From Malacoraja senta (Eukaryota): DNA of 64,000 nt. The position numbers and the translations under genes were made by a program. Under the pieces are notes generated by a model that searched no databases, had not been told where the DNA came from, and worked only from the letters and a program-made list of their open reading frames with translations. Position 1 is the first letter of the stretch; the number at the start of each line of letters is the position of its first letter. The stretch is from contig CM075987.1 in NCBI GenBank assembly GCA_038087875.1, forward strand, positions 27,778,001 through 27,842,000. Direction: 5' to 3'. Shown here piece by piece: positions 38,031 through 50,122 of the stretch.

Positions 38031-41000
38031 CCGAGAGGTGAAGGTGAAGGTGTTGTGAACCAGGAGCTGAGACAAAGACGCACAGCCAATTCAAGTACTT
38101 TCAATATTATATATTAAGTTCATGAGAGAAAAAACACAATTAGTTTAGACAGTAATCAGTACTGACTTTCTGGATATTAATCCCGAATGATTTAAAATAG
38201 ATAATTGGGATTTTCCTAATATTGTGTCTAGACCCACATTTTCCTAAATTCAGGCACTTTATTATCAGCACTAATTTCTATAGTAAGTGTCCAACTCCTT
38301 AGTTTTATTTGCCCTGTTTTCCCAGTAAGGTTTGCCGCCACCATAATATTGACTAAATCTTAGTACGTCTGTACTGGTGCTGCTGGAACTATATCAGTGC
38401 CAACCTCACCTCAGTCTGAAGGGTCTCGACCCAAAACATCACCCATTCCTTCTCTCCAGAGATGCTGCCTGTCCCGCTGAGTTACTCCAGCATCTTTGGT
38501 TTAAACCAGCATCTGCAGTTCCTTCCTACACACTACCTCACCTCATATTGATTTTACAAATATTTTTCTAGTTCGCTTTGTTGCCTCTGATCTTTTGCAA
38601 ATCCATGTTGTAAAAATCCATTGTCTTCCGCTTACCATTTAAAATCATCATCCAATTCCTGCCCTACATTTGTATTATTTGCTCATACGCTTGTGGACTA
38701 ATGATGGGCTAACAATGATCCATTCTACATTTCCTTGATCATCGTCTGCTTTTATCTGTCGTTTTCACACCTTGCCCTTCCACATATCTAATCCCTCTAT
38801 CCCCTGACACCCAGTCTCAAGAAGGGTCGTGACCTGAATCATCATCCATTCCTTTTTTCCAGAGATGCTGCCTGCCCTCTGAGTTAATCCAGCATTTTGT
38901 GTCTATCTTCAGTGTAATCCAGCATCTGCAGTTCCATCCTAGACGTTTGTCTTTTTTATTTCCTAATTGCATTGTTTGATGTATGTACAGAAAATGTGGT
39001 GGGTGTTTCTAGCACATTGGTTTTATTTTGCTATCTAGTAGTGTTGTTTTCAAGAGTGTGTCCGGTTATTTACTGTTATTTGTTGTGAGTTATATCATTA
39101 AGCTATCTTCCCTCTCTCTGCACCCTCCCAGGAAACGTATGGGAGAGGTTTTCTGCCTCCCTTGAAGATCAACGTTGCATCTGTGCGTTTATCTGTGAGG
39201 GCATCTCATTCAGCATCTCATTCAGATGTAACATCTCATTCAGAATTCAGCAGATCAGAAGAAGGGTCTCGACCCAAAACGTCACACATTCCTTCTCTCC
39301 AGAGATGCTGCCTGTCCCGCTGAGTTACTCCAGCATTTTGTGTCTATCTTCGATTTAAACCAGCATCTGCGGTTCTTTCCTATACATTCAGCAGATCAGG
39401 CATTGCAACACTCACTGTGGAAACTCTGCCTGGATTTTGTGCTGGTGCACAAATTAAATGTATTACAGAGAAAGTGATAGGAAACTTTTCATGGTGACAA
39501 ATAAAGGCTTTATTTTGGGAAAGGACAGCATTTCAAACAAATTCAGAACCATTTAAAAAAAATCAGAAATGTTATTTTAGGTCCAGTTTGAGCATTTGCT
39601 TAAAGGGTTATGAGAAAAGCATTTAGCAAAGTATATTTTTAACCATTTCTTTGCATACAGTATGTGAAATGTTTGATTTTGAGATGAATCATAATTTCTC
39701 TCTGATTATTATTAAAAATGGTGCATATATCTAATGTCTTTCCCACCAATTGAGATTGTCAGATTCTGCTATAAATAGAATATATTACCCCTTTAAAAGT
39801 AGTTTTGCAAATCTCTTGGAGTGCCGATAACAATCAACTAAGTGCATTGAAAGGATAAATAAACTGGTCATGTGATTGTTTCAGTGTGCAACTTATTAAC
39901 TTCACCAACAAATAATTTGTGTTGATGCAGTTTGATTAACAGTTCCAACTGTGTCGTATTATTTGACCATGTAACAGTGCAGTGTCGCTCGTTTTTAATT
40001 TGATGTACCTTTTGTAGTTCAGTTGAGTTTAGTTTAGCTTATTGTCACGGGTACCATGGTACAGTGAAAATGTTTTTTCTTGCGTGCTAACCAGTCAGCA
40101 GAAAGACGAAACATGATTACAATCAATTACAATTGTAAATGCAGAACTGAGAATGATGTAAATATTGTAAACATTTTAATATTAAATAGAATCATTTAAT
40201 TCAAAGGCTTTTCATCAGCAGATTAGTTAGTAACCAGAGGAAAAAAATTAGTTGAATGGCAAATGAACCGGAAGCAAGATGGGGGTTTAAAAAATAAATT
40301 ATAGTAACCTGCAACCCACGTCTGGAAAGGATGATGATGTAAATTCAGCAGCGACTTTCAAAAGGGATTTGGATCCCCAACTTGAACAAAAGAATTTGTA
40401 CAAATTTGGTGAAAGGAGAAGTGAGATGAACTGAGAGGCAGTTTGGCCTGCCTCTGTATTGCACTATTCTAGCTGTGGTCACTGTGGTCACTGTGGTTCA
40501 CGCTCGTGCTTGTACCCACCAAATAGAAAGAATGGGAGATCTTTGAAGTTTGCCCAAGGCACATGCAAAGTTGGCAGGCAGCTCTCCACTTATCTGCTGG
40601 GTTAGTGTGAAGTAAATTATTGATGCCTGCTGTTCAGAAGGCTAATTGTTCTTGAGACTATTTCTGTTGGCATGCAGTGCGTTCACTTCAGGCTGTAAAT
40701 TTGCTGCAATTGGGTTAGTTGTTTAATAGTTAAGTTAAATGAATGATACTTTATTATCCTTTAGCATAAGAAGCAATTACTGACTGGAATGTGAGAGTTT
40801 CAATCCATCAATACAATCAACAATTGTTCCTCTGATGAATAGAATAAGGAAAACCGTATTACTGAGACTAGCTTTTTGATTTTGCCAGGTCTCTGTTCAA
40901 ATTTGGAGCAGCACTAGTGTAATGCAGAACATCACTAGAATGTTATGCTTGTGATGTTGGGAGATGGTTATGCTTGTGATGGTGGGAGATTGCAACCTTC

Positions 41001-41879
41001 ACGTGGTCCACCCTGTTTCAACGAATGCAATCAACCTGGCGTGCACAAACAGAAGATCAAACAGAACAAGTTGTCTTACAACTTTAGGCTGTGCACGCCA
41101 TACGCAAGAAGAAGAAGACAAGAATGTTGTGAGTTTAGAAAACTCTCTCTTCATCTGTACACTGCCTACTGTCCTTATGGAATTTAACCCAAACCTTAAA
41201 TAATGAGGTTTGTAAGAGGAGACCAATAATGGCAAATCTATTTCAAATGGATCTGATAACCTGAGGATTTCAATACACATTTTGCAACACAAAAACAACC
41301 AGCCGTTCGAAATTATCAATGTTCCTGTTTATAGCTCATCATGGTCTTAGGACATTGAAGAAGAAATCAGAATAAAGATGACAACTGATAAGAAAATTCC
41401 CATTAGATGAAGTGTGTGTGTTTTCTGTGCTTAAGAGAGAGTTTTCGCCACCTTTATATTTTGGACAGAATTAGTAAATTAAGAGTAGACCCACCCTTCC
41501 CCTGTTTCCACCCACCCACCAGAGAGAGGAATGTTTCTCAGTACAGAAGCTAACTTGCTGGATCATTATCTGGGACATGAAAGTCACACACCTCAGCACT
41601 TGTGACTTTACTCTGAGACTGGGACAGATTATTTTCTTAACTACTACCTTTTTTACACACTGAAAGAAACTCACTGGACGAAAAAGAAAAGAAGCAACAT
41701 ATTTTAAACTGAAATAGTGTTTTTGTGGCAGCAGTTCATAGTTGGAAAAAAATGAGCATTAGTTTTTCAGACATGATTGCTCTTGCAACACTAAGCAGAT
41801 GGAGGCAATTTGTTATTTCTTGTTCTGTGGTTCCAAGCAGCTGCAGTTTATGAACAGGAAAGATGCAGGCTTGATCTGA

Positions 41880-42035
41880 TCATTCACTCTTCAGGGAGAA
41901 GGTGAGTTTGACACATGCCAGCTGCTCTTCGTTGCTGGTCAGGATTACCTTAGCCTTGTAGTTCCCATTGGTCATCCAGTACGGAAATTCAACATAAGGG
42001 ATGTAGAAGTTGGTATTTGGCAGAGAGTACTTACC
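41880..42035 (-). CDS. GM2A: GM2 ganglioside activator-like, last exon: GKYSLPNTNFYIPYVEFPYWMTNGNYKAKVILTSNEEQLACVKLTFSLKSE*
   Basis: Matches the GM2A C-terminus as recalled (GTYSLP...LPSWLTTGNY...LGCIKI..SLK). CAG acceptor, 156 nt, phase 0. Confidence 0.9.
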   Translation of the reverse strand, partial: GKYSLPNTNFYIPYVEFPYWMTNGNYKAKVILTSNEEQLACVKLTFSLKSE

Positions 42036-43257
42036 CTGGTTATCAAAGAAAGAAAACAATGTTAAGCAGGAAATGCTCATCCCTCTGACTGCAACCACCA
42101 GTTCCTTCTTGGAGTGATTATTTTTTGTTTTTTTCCTCATACTACATCCTGCTCTAGGTTTCCTTCCTCTTTTTGTTCTCTTCCTTCCCTGACTGAGTAG
42201 GCTGGCTTCTTAAGTTCATAAGGTATAGGAGTAGAATTAGGCCATTCGGCCCATCAAGTCTACTCTGCCGTTCAATCATGGCTGATCTATCTCTCCCTCC
42301 CAACCCCATTCTCCTGCCTTCTCCCCATAATCCTTGACACCCATACTAATCAAGAATTTATCTCTGACTTGGCCTCCACAACTGTCTATGGGAATGAATT
42401 CCACAGATTCACCACCCTCTGACTAAAGATATTCCTCCTCATCTCCGTTCTAAAGGTACGTCCTTTTATTCTGAGGCTATGACCTCTGGTTCTAGACTTT
42501 CCCACTAGTGGATACATCCTCTCCACACCCACTCTATCCAGGCCTTTCACTTTTCAGTAAGTTTCATCATTCATTATCAAACAAAATTAGTTTGAATTAG
42601 TGGGGGTTTAACATGTGGAACCTGCAGCCAGATTGTTACACTATTGTGACAGCATTTTAGAAGTTTCTAATTGGCTCGAGAGTGCTTTGTGATGAACCAA
42701 ACACACTCAAAATAGATGAATCTCTGAGCATGTAGACCACGGATCCAGGAAGATGTGTGTATACAAGAGTTGTGGATGGATAAAATCACGAATTTGTGTC
42801 CTAATTGCTTAGCTAATGCAGCAAAGATACTATGTAAATGATCACAGTTCCTGCATTCATATGGCTGAAGATAGGCACAAAATGCTGGAGTAACTCAGCA
42901 GGACAGGCAGCATCTCCGGATAGTTGGAATGGGTGATGTTTTGGGTCGAGACCCTTCTTCAGACAGAGTCAGGGGAGAGGGAGACAGAAATAAGGAAGGG
43001 TAAGGTGTGAAAACGAGACATCAAAAGGGGATGAGATCATTGTTAGCTAGGGGAAGGTGACAACAAAGCATACAAAGATAAAATTTATTCAGGAGGACAG
43101 TCAGACTGGTCAGAGAACTAGGATGGGGAGGGATGGAGAGAGAGGATCAGCAAGGGTTACATGATGTTAGAGAAGTCATATCGCTGATCCTGTGATTAGG
43201 ATAACATTTCAGATTGCGCTGTTACTTTGCCTGTGGAAAGAGAGAAGAGCCTCTTAC

Positions 43258-43437
43258 CGCTTTAAAGGGACAGTGACATGGAAGCCCGTATGTAAACAGT
43301 GGTTCTGGGCAGGTCTGTCCAGGAGGGATCAACATGTTCAGCAGTTCACAGACATCATTGTACGTGCAGCTTCCAATTTCATCAACACACGGAATTTTCA
43401 CCCATATTCCAACTTCCTTATACAACGTTACATTAGC
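43258..43437 (-). CDS. GM2A: GM2 activator-like exon: [60 protein letters not shown]
   Basis: Contains the distinctive WxKIPC...GSCT...[25 protein letters not shown] boundaries, 180 nt, phase 0 to 0. Confidence 0.95.
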
Positions 43438-43471
43438 CTGTCAAACAAAAACTTATTTATATAACTTGTTT

Positions 43472-43934
43472 GTTTTTTTAAAATATTTTAATTTTATTAG
43501 AAGTACAATTGTATACAATCATATTTTCATAATACCTTTTATGTACAGCTTCTTATTTTTTTAAATTTTTTGTAGTAAAGAAGAAAAAGAAAAAAGTTAG
43601 ATAATGAAAAATAGAAAAATGTGAAATATATAGTGTGTGAAAAAGAAAAATAAAGAATGAAAAAAGAAAGTTGAGACATAAAAAATAGAAGAAAGAGAAT
43701 AAAAGAAGAGAAGAGAAGAAAAGAAAATAGAAGGAGATCATTTATAATCTTGACCATCCGCAGTCACGGATTAGCTTTTACACCTGTTTTGCACCATATG
43801 TTTCCAAAAAGACGACAAATGGAGACCAACTCGTTATGAAATGGTCAAATTTATCTATTAGGAGGAATCGCATTTCCTCAAGATGTGCGGTATCCAACAT
43901 ACTTGCAATCCACATTTTGAGCGTTGGTATTGGT
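43472..43934 (-). mobile_element. 5'-truncated L1/Tx1-clade LINE 3' end with 12-bp TSD TATAACTTGTTT
   Basis: TSD at 43460-43471 and 43935-43946. Encodes PIPTLKMWIASMLDTAHLEEMRFLL...WSPF, homologous to the end of the ORF at 49058-49790. AATAAA plus A-tail. Confidence 0.85.
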
Positions 43935-44337
43935 TATAACTTGTTTATATAAGAATTTATATAACCATTGCAACATCAAATATCCTAAGGGACTTGTCTT
44001 TGAGACAAAAAGTTCATAAGTGATAGGAGCAGAATTAGGCCATTCGGCCCATCAGGTCAACGGCCATTCAATCATGGCTGATCTATCTTTCCCTCTCAAC
44101 CCCATTCTCCTATCTTCTCCCCATAACCCCCGACACCCGTACTGATTAAAAATGACATCGGCTCAACTAAGAGGTAAGTAGGAAGGTGACAAAAATAAAA
44201 TAATGTAGAAACAAGGAACCGCAGAGGCTGGTTCTACATTAAAAAAGACACAAAGTGCATCAGTAACTTTGTTCTCTTGCCTGGAGCAGGGCAGAGGAAC
44301 CTCGCTGACTGCTTGCAGGGAAGGGATTGATTCTTAC

Positions 44338-44487
44338 CGTGAGAGGTGTTGTAAGAATAACGCTGGAGGAACCTGTTGCACTGGCCTGAAGGTCCCCAGG
44401 AAGTACGATTGGATCGGGTTGAATTGAAAGAGCCTCAAGGACTGCAGGTGCTGTCTCACTCCCACAGTTAGCCCAGGAAAACGTGGC
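44338..44487 (-). CDS. GM2A: GM2 activator-like exon: ATFSWANCGSETAPAVLEALSIQPDPIVLPGDLQASATGSSSVILTTPLT
   Basis: Matches FSWDNC...PAV..L.L.PDPIVVPG. CAG/GTAAGA boundaries, 150 nt, phase 0 to 0. Confidence 0.93.
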
Positions 44488-44519
44488 CTGAATAACATAA
44501 AAATGAACATATTTCTGAA

Positions 44520-44975
44520 CACCTCCGCTCACTCCTCCTAAACCTACAAAATCTCCCCGTTGCTAAACACTTTAACTCCCCCTCCCATTCCCACACTGAC
44601 CTTTCTGTCCTGGGCCTCCTCCACTGTCAGAGTGAAGGCCAACGCAAATTTGAGAAACAGCACCTCATATTTTGCCTGGGCAACTTACACCCCAGCGGTA
44701 TGAATTATGACTTCCCTAACTTCAAGTAACCCTTGCTTTTCCTCTCTCTCCATCCCTCCCCCATCCTAGTTCTCCAACCAGTCTGACTGTCCTCCTGATT
44801 AAATTGTATCTTTGTATGCTTCATTGTCACATTCCCCAAGCTTTAATGTCTCGTTTTCACACCTCACCCTTCCACATCTCTGTCTCCCGCTCCCCCGACT
44901 CTTAGTCTGAAGAATGGTCTCGTCCCGAAACGTCAGCCATTCCTTCCCTCCAGAGATGCTGCCTGTCCCGCTGAG
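44520..44975 (+). mobile_element. Penelope-like element 3' fragment
   Basis: Same PVAKHFNSPSHS...QHLIFCLG segment and terminal repeat as 3625-4160, in the opposite orientation. Confidence 0.82.
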
Positions 44976-46109
44976 ATACTCACTGGATAGGATGGATAGG
45001 TGACGTATCAGGTCGGAACCTTCTTCAGTCCGAGGAAGGGTCCCGACCCAAAACGTCACCTAACCATGTTCTCCAGAGATGCTGCTTGATCTGCTGAGTT
45101 ACTCCAGCACTTTATATCTTTCCTGTAGTGTGGTGCTCAGTACAGACACGTTACGGTGCTGCCAATGTTTTATACAATGGTCAACATGACTTCTTAACCT
45201 TGCACTGGGGTGGGATCATGACAGAAGCCTCCTCGTGGCGATCCCCGGAAACGACGACACGATGTACTCTGTGACACGTCGGGTGACCAATTCTGTCAAT
45301 ATGTTGGATGACGACAGAAGCCAACAGCGAGCTACACGTCGCCTGACACACGAGTGAACGAACCTTGAACTAAACTCCTGTTAATAAAGCCAGGCACTCA
45401 TATGCGTTTCTTAGCCTTCATCTCAACCTGCTATCAATGAAATAACTAAAGGTACCATTAGATCTCTAAGTTTTTGTAGGCCTTTTAGAATTATGTCCTA
45501 CAGTTTATATTGACACTTCTTATTCTTTCCAGCAAAATATAAAAGTTCCAATTTCTCAGCATTAAATTCCATCTCCTGCCCATCCTGCTTAACTTCTTGT
45601 GTTCTTAAAGTCTATTGTTATCCACTTCAGGATTCACCACACTTCTAGATTTGTGCTATCTACACATTTGGATATTTTGTTCATCATTCACTGATCTGAA
45701 TCGCCTTTTCCATTTAAGCAGAACCTTAAATATTGATACCATCAAACAGAACCAGCCAGAGAATTAGTTACATTTCTACTGCAAGGACGGAGCTTGTATT
45801 GCTGATTAAGGCTTTTGATTTCACAATAACTAGAATGGACTTGTTGGCATCTAGCACAGTGTGTGTAAGTCACATTGTGCAAACATTAACCTTGAGAGAT
45901 ATGGGATGCATGTCCTTGATCGGACTCAGCATTTTCTTATGTGAGGGATCGTAAGCAGTCCTGCCAAAGCCCTGTTAATATTTGATGTTTACTCAACATC
46001 TCCCACAGCTTGAGGAGATCAACTAACACATTTTTGGATAAGTCACTACTTTTGAAACTTATGAAACAAGGCAGTCAGTAAATACTGTAGAAAGTATAGG
46101 GTAGTACTA

Positions 46110-46432
46110 TGGGGCGCAACGTTAGAGTTGCTGCCTTACTGCACCAGAGACCAGGGTTCGATCCTGACTACGGGGGCTGTCTGTACAGCGATCACACTAA
46201 CACTATCCTACACTCACAAAGGACAATTTACATCTTTACCGAAGACAATTGACCTACAAACCTGCACGCCTTTGGAGTGTAGGAAGAAACCGGGGTTCCC
46301 GAGGAAAACCCACGCAGGTCACGGGGAGAACATACAAACTCCGTATAGTCAGCACTCGCAGACAGGATCGAACCTGGGTCTCTGGCGCTGTGAGGCAGCA
46401 ACTCTCCCCGCTGCGCCACCGTGCCGCCCGAC
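46110..46432. mobile_element. Inverted pair of V-SINEs (plus-strand head about 46110-46187, minus-strand copy about 46188-46432)
   Basis: tRNA-like heads with a B box GGTTCGATCC at both ends, facing inward. Confidence 0.8.
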
Positions 46433-47356
46433 TGAATGGGTTCATACTCTCCAGGGTAGACTGTTTGAACTCTCACCTGGAAACTGCATCCCATATCTCC
46501 TGCACAATGTAACCCACACACACTCCGCTAGATGCCAACAAGTCAGTTGTAAAATGCCATTGTAAAATCAAAAGCCTTATTCAGCAATTCAGATTCTGTT
46601 CTTGCAGTAAAGTCGGAGTAATTATCTCGCTGGCTCTGTCCGGTGCTATCAAAGGATTCAGTAAGGTTCCAATTATATGGAAATGGCAGTTTTCAGATCA
46701 GAGAATGATGATCAAAGTTTCCAAATCTACAGGGCACAAATTTAGAAATGTGATGAAGCCAGAGGCTGATAATAATAGACTTCAAGAACACATTTGGGAG
46801 TGTGGGTGCCGCTAGATGAAATTTAATGCTGAGAAATAAGGATTTTTTTACATTTTGACAAAAAGAGGAGACAATGGGACACAATTCCAAACGGGCTGCG
46901 AAAGGCGGAGAGAAATGGCAAAACACATATATTTCACTGAATGATAGGTTGAGAAAATGGCTTAAGGAAAGCATGTGGGGCCTCACTATATAACCTTGCG
47001 TTATTGCAGCAAGACTACTACTTCTCTTCACCCACTAACATCCATGGGACTGCCTCAGCCCTTGCTTGTTCTCTGTGACACCACGTTAGTATTAGCTGAA
47101 AGATATTAACCAAAAGAGGTCCCATCACCCTGTATACGTTGACCTACACTGACTCCATGTCCAACAATGCGTGCATTGTGAAAGGACACAAAATGCTTGA
47201 GTAACTCAGCAGTCATTGGGTCCGGCAGCATCTCTGGAGAAAATGGGTAGGCAACGTTTTGAGTCAGGACCCTTCTGGGGGTGTGAAGGAGACAGCTAGC
47301 CACTACAATCAGTCTGAAGAAGGGTCTCGACCCGAAACGATCCCTATCCACATTCT

Positions 47357-47530
47357 CCGGAGATGCTGCCTGACCTGCTGAGTTACTCCAGCACTCTGTG
47401 AAACGTCACCTATCCATGTTCTCCAGAGATGCTGCCTGACCCGCTGAGTTCCTCCAGCACTCTGTGAAACGTCACCTATCCATGTTCTCCAGAGATGCTG
47501 CCTGTCCCGCTGAGTTACTCCAGCATTTTG
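47357..47530 (+). repeat. 66-bp tandem array of the Penelope terminal repeat (about 2.5 units)
   Basis: GAAACGTC recurs at 47400 and 47466. Confidence 0.92.
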
Positions 47531-48033
47531 TGTCTATCTTCGGTGTAAACCAGCATCTGCACTTCCTTCCCACACACCCCTCCCTTGCTCTTCACCAGTC
47601 TTGGAGATTTCTTTCCTCCTCTAATTATGGGTTTGGGCTCGATGTTCATTTATCCAGTTGCAGCTTGCTCAGCTCTGAATTCCCCTCCTACTGAATTTAA
47701 TTGCCTCAACTTCCACTTTTCAGAATTTCCATAAATATCACCAATGTGTTCGAGTTTCGGTCACCTGACCGAATATCTTCTGAAGAAGGGTCTCGACCCC
47801 CAGAAACGATACCCATTCCTTCTCTCCAGAGATGCTGCCTGTCCTGCTGAGTTACTCCAGCATTTTGTGTCTATCTGCTGTTCCTTCCTGCACTACCATC
47901 TTCTGCGACATTTGGTAATACTCTTTCACTGAATAACAGGAAATACAGGAGATACAAAATGGATTGCAAATGTCTGTTTACAATCACAAGAGCAAAATGT
48001 CTCGACCACAGTAAGAGGGGAAGACATACATAC

Positions 48034-48147
48034 CAGCGACCGGCTCTCAGCATTCTGCGACCGGTCCACTTGAGACGTCGAGCCACATCCCAAACCAAAG
48101 ACGATTGCAAAAATAACTTTAATTGCACTGAATTTTGTCTTAAAGAT
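48034..48147 (-). CDS. Candidate GM2A-like signal-peptide exon: IFKTKFSAIKVIFAIVFGLGCGSTSQVDRSQNAESRSL
   Basis: Polypyrimidine-CACAG acceptor, CTG/GTATGT donor, 114 nt, phase 0, basic-then-hydrophobic profile. It contains no Met, so an upstream exon is required. Confidence 0.55.
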
Positions 48148-48582
48148 CTGTGGGAGGGCAAAGTGTGCAGAGAGTGAAGGAGATGATAAAACTCTAAAAT
48201 TACAACAACAACAAAAATCCTCGGTTGCATCAATATCGCTGTAATTGGTGTTTTTGTTAAAATATAAGAGGTACTTGCGTGCATCATCGTTGCAGTGGAG
48301 GGCTCACACTGAAAGAAAGAAAGCAGCGTCGGTTCTACAGCGCGTCTACTACCCAGTAAATCAGGAAGCTACAGTCACAGACTAGGGCTGAGGCAAGGTA
48401 ATGAATGGTTCAAGATGTGCTGGTTCACCACAAATAACATGAGCAGAGACACTTCCTCGCCCTCTGTGGGCTGGATGGCCATGTGTCTGGCTAGAATCAG
48501 CTGGAGAACTGGCTTGAGTCAAGAGTCTTTTATCGTCAGATTTGAGGACATTTTTTACAATCACTTAAAAAAATTAATTAGG

Positions 48583-50122
48583 ATGGCAAAGTGGTAGAGC
48601 GGTAGAGTTGCTGCCTCACCGCGCCAGAGACTTGGGTTCCATCCTGACTACAGATGCTGACTGTGTGGAGTTTTTTTTTTTTTAATTTGTATTTTATTAG
48701 AAGTACATTACAACCACATACATTAGTACTTGTCATTTATATCTTCTTACAATTAATGTACTCCATTTATTTTTTACACTAGAAAAGGAAAAGATTGAAA
48801 GAAAGAAGAAAGTGAAGGAAAAAGTGGAAGTGTAGGAAATGTGACAACAAAAAAGGACAAAGACCCTATAAGAGCAAAATTAAAAACAAAAGAAAAAGAG
48901 TTAAGAAATAGACCCTAGGAAAAAAAGAAAGAGAGAAAGAGGAAAAAGAGAGAAACAAATATTTTTATGAGCATTACGTAAATTGGACATACCAACTCTT
49001 CAACTATCATCCCCCCTTACCTGACCTCAATTTTTTTTTTTTAAGTACTTTTGCACCTTATGTTTGTAATAATTCTATAAATGCAGACCACGTCAGGTGG
49101 AAATGATCTGGTTTACCTGCTAGGAGGAGTCTTATCTCTTCTAGGTGTAATGTTTCAAACATATTTGAAATCCACATATTTATAGTTGGTATTGGAGCCT
49201 TCTTCCAAAATTTTAGAATTAGCTTTTTTCCAGTTATTAACCCATAGTCCATTAGTTTCTTTTGAAACACATTTAGTTCTGGACCATCTTCCGTTATACC
49301 GAAGATAATCCATTCTGCTTTGGGTATCAGTCTTGTTTTAAATAACTTTGTAAAGATTTCAAAAATTTCATTCCAAAATTTTTGAATTTTTGTACAAGAA
49401 ACGAATGAGTGCGTTATAGTAGCTTCTTGGGATTGACATTTATCACAAATAGATGATATATTTGGGAAAATTTTATGAATTTTAGTTTTCGAATAATATA
49501 ATCTATGTAAAATTTTAAATTGTATTAAAGTGTGTCTTACATTAATCGAGCATTTATGCACGTTTAATAAGTATTCATTCCAACTTTCCTTTGAAATTTT
49601 AATAGCTAACTCTTGTTCCCAGTCTCTTCTGATACCCTCCGTAGATGGTATTTGTGCATTTAAGATAATATTATACAAATATGATATTAAGTTTGCTGAT
49701 TCCGCTTTTATCTGCATTGCCTCGTCCAGTACATCTGCTGGGTTATTATGATGATCTTTTGTATATTTTTTCAAATAGTCGCATATTTGAAGACTGTGTG
49801 GAGTTTGTACCTTCTCCCTTTGACCGTGTGGGTTTTCTCCAGGTGAAACATAGAAACATAGAAAATAGTTGCAGGAGTAGGCCATTTGGCCCTTCGAGCC
49901 AGCACCGCCATTCAATATGATCATGGCTGCTCTGGTTTCCTCCCACATTCCAAAGACGTGCAGGTTTGTAGATTAATTGGCTTCTGTAAATTGTACCTAG
50001 TGTGTAGGATGTGAAAGTGGGATAGCATAGAACTAGTGTACGGGTGATTGATGGTCGGCGTGGACTCGTTGGGCCAAAGGGCCTGTTTCCACTCTGTATC
50101 TCGAAGCTAAACTAAACTAAAC
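48583..50122 (+). mobile_element. V-SINE split by an L1-like insertion (48671-49791) and a CR1 tail insertion (about 49846-49927)
   Basis: The SINE head, V-domain and tail rejoin cleanly when the two inserts are removed. Confidence 0.85.
48671..49791 (-). mobile_element. 5'-truncated L1/Tx1-clade LINE (ORF2 C-terminus with CCHC knuckle, poly(A) tail, TSD GACTGTGTGGAG)
   Basis: TSD at 48659-48670 and 49792-49803. Open frame to the stop at 49058 includes QFKILHRLYY...CDKC...THSFVSC.KIQKFW. Confidence 0.92.

Noticed and set aside
36757..38117. Three ~400 aa Cys/Leu/Pro-rich ORFs
   Set aside because: They are stop-free frames of the 23-bp minisatellite.
49058..49948. 296 aa ORF as a host gene
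   Set aside because: It is chimeric: SINE and CR1 sequence fused to a truncated L1 ORF2 C-terminus bounded by a TSD.
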